Position numbers and translations under genes: made by a program. From Octopus sinensis (Eukaryota): DNA of 64,000 nt. The stretch covers positions 10,602,001 through 10,666,000 of the forward strand of contig NC_043017.1 in assembly GCF_006345805.1 (NCBI RefSeq), given 5' to 3'. Shown here piece after piece: positions 63,124 to 64,000 of the stretch; positions within the stretch are counted from its first letter, which is position 1, and each line of letters begins with the position of its first letter. The notes beneath the pieces are model-generated. The model saw only the letters and a program-made list of their open reading frames with translations. It had not been told where the DNA came from and ran no database searches.

Positions 63124-63548
63124 ATGAAGGAAGAACAATGAATGACTTTTATACAGTAAAATATAAAAATAAAAATTAATAAAATAAACATGCAAACAAT
63201 GACAATTTTTTTTTTTTAATTGAAACAAAATTAAACAAAATATTTGAAACAAATATATGTATTATAAGAATTAAATAAAAGCCAATTTGCCTGAATTATG
63301 GAACTGTAGGAACAATCTAGATTGTGAAGTTTTTTATGATACTCTGTCTTCATTTATTATTAAAAATTGGTTATTCCAGAAGCTGAAGTAAAGATTTTTA
63401 CCAACATAACATGGCAGTCCTGGTTTATGATGAATGTTGCTGTAATTTAGCCCCAGGAGACATCATCTCCAGCTGGCTATATGACACAATCTGTGTCCTT
63501 ATATTTTCGAACAAGGGAATCTAGCATCCCCACTCAGCTCAAAACAAT

Positions 63549-63783
63549 ACCTATTTCTTTACTACCCACAAGGGGCTAAACACAGAGGGGACAAACAACG
63601 ACAGACAAACGGATTAAGTCGATTACATCGACCCCAGTGCGTAACTGGTACTTTTTTAATCGACCCCGAAAGGATGAAAGGCAAAGTCGACCTCGGCGGA
63701 ATTTGAACTTAGAACGTAACAGCAGACGAAATACCGCTAAGCATTTCGCCCGGCGTGCTAACGTTTCTGCCAGCTCGCCGCCT
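63549..63783 (-). mobile_element. SINE family B
   Basis: Full copy; short TSD AACAATA; another copy at ~8083-8315. Confidence 0.8.
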
Positions 63784-64000
63784 TTAACAATATCTGTGTA
63801 TCATGATTTCCGGGTTATTTCCCTTCATCTGCATAGAATGATTGTTCAGCTAGCGGTGGCGCTGCCAAATTCCTGTTTGAAATATATAATTTTCAAAGTG
63901 ACAACTAGTCACTGATCTATAAATTAGAAAATTACTGGATTCCCTTGTTCGAAAATATAAGGACACAGATCGTGTTGTATAACCAGCTGGAGACGATGTC

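Overview
AT-rich, intron-containing animal genomic DNA. The dense tRNA-derived SINEs and (CA)n/(TA)n/(GAT)n microsatellites suggest octopus or another cephalopod (inference). 733-38731 (minus strand) holds almost all of LTN1/listerin, the ribosome quality control RING E3 ligase. I traced 31 coding exons by hand with consistent splice phases (5367 nt, 1789 codons); one intron is GC-AG, and the last RING exon lies left of the window. 44368-61451 holds two diverged three-exon claudin/PMP22/EMP-like tetraspan genes arranged head-to-head, with identical exon 1 and exon 2 coding lengths. Their 4.5-kb spacer contains a shared 19-bp upstream motif, an inverted octamer+CCAAT module, two Merlin-like MITEs with 8-bp TSDs and pogo/Tigger relics. 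The most unusual signals are an antisense copy of LTN1 exon 13 with its splice acceptor inside intron 18, a two-donor mosaic insertion in LTN1 intron 7 and a ~265-bp-arm inverted repeat in a claudin-like intron. Exon coordinates were read by hand, repeat boundaries are approximate, and many further degenerate SINE fragments are not listed.
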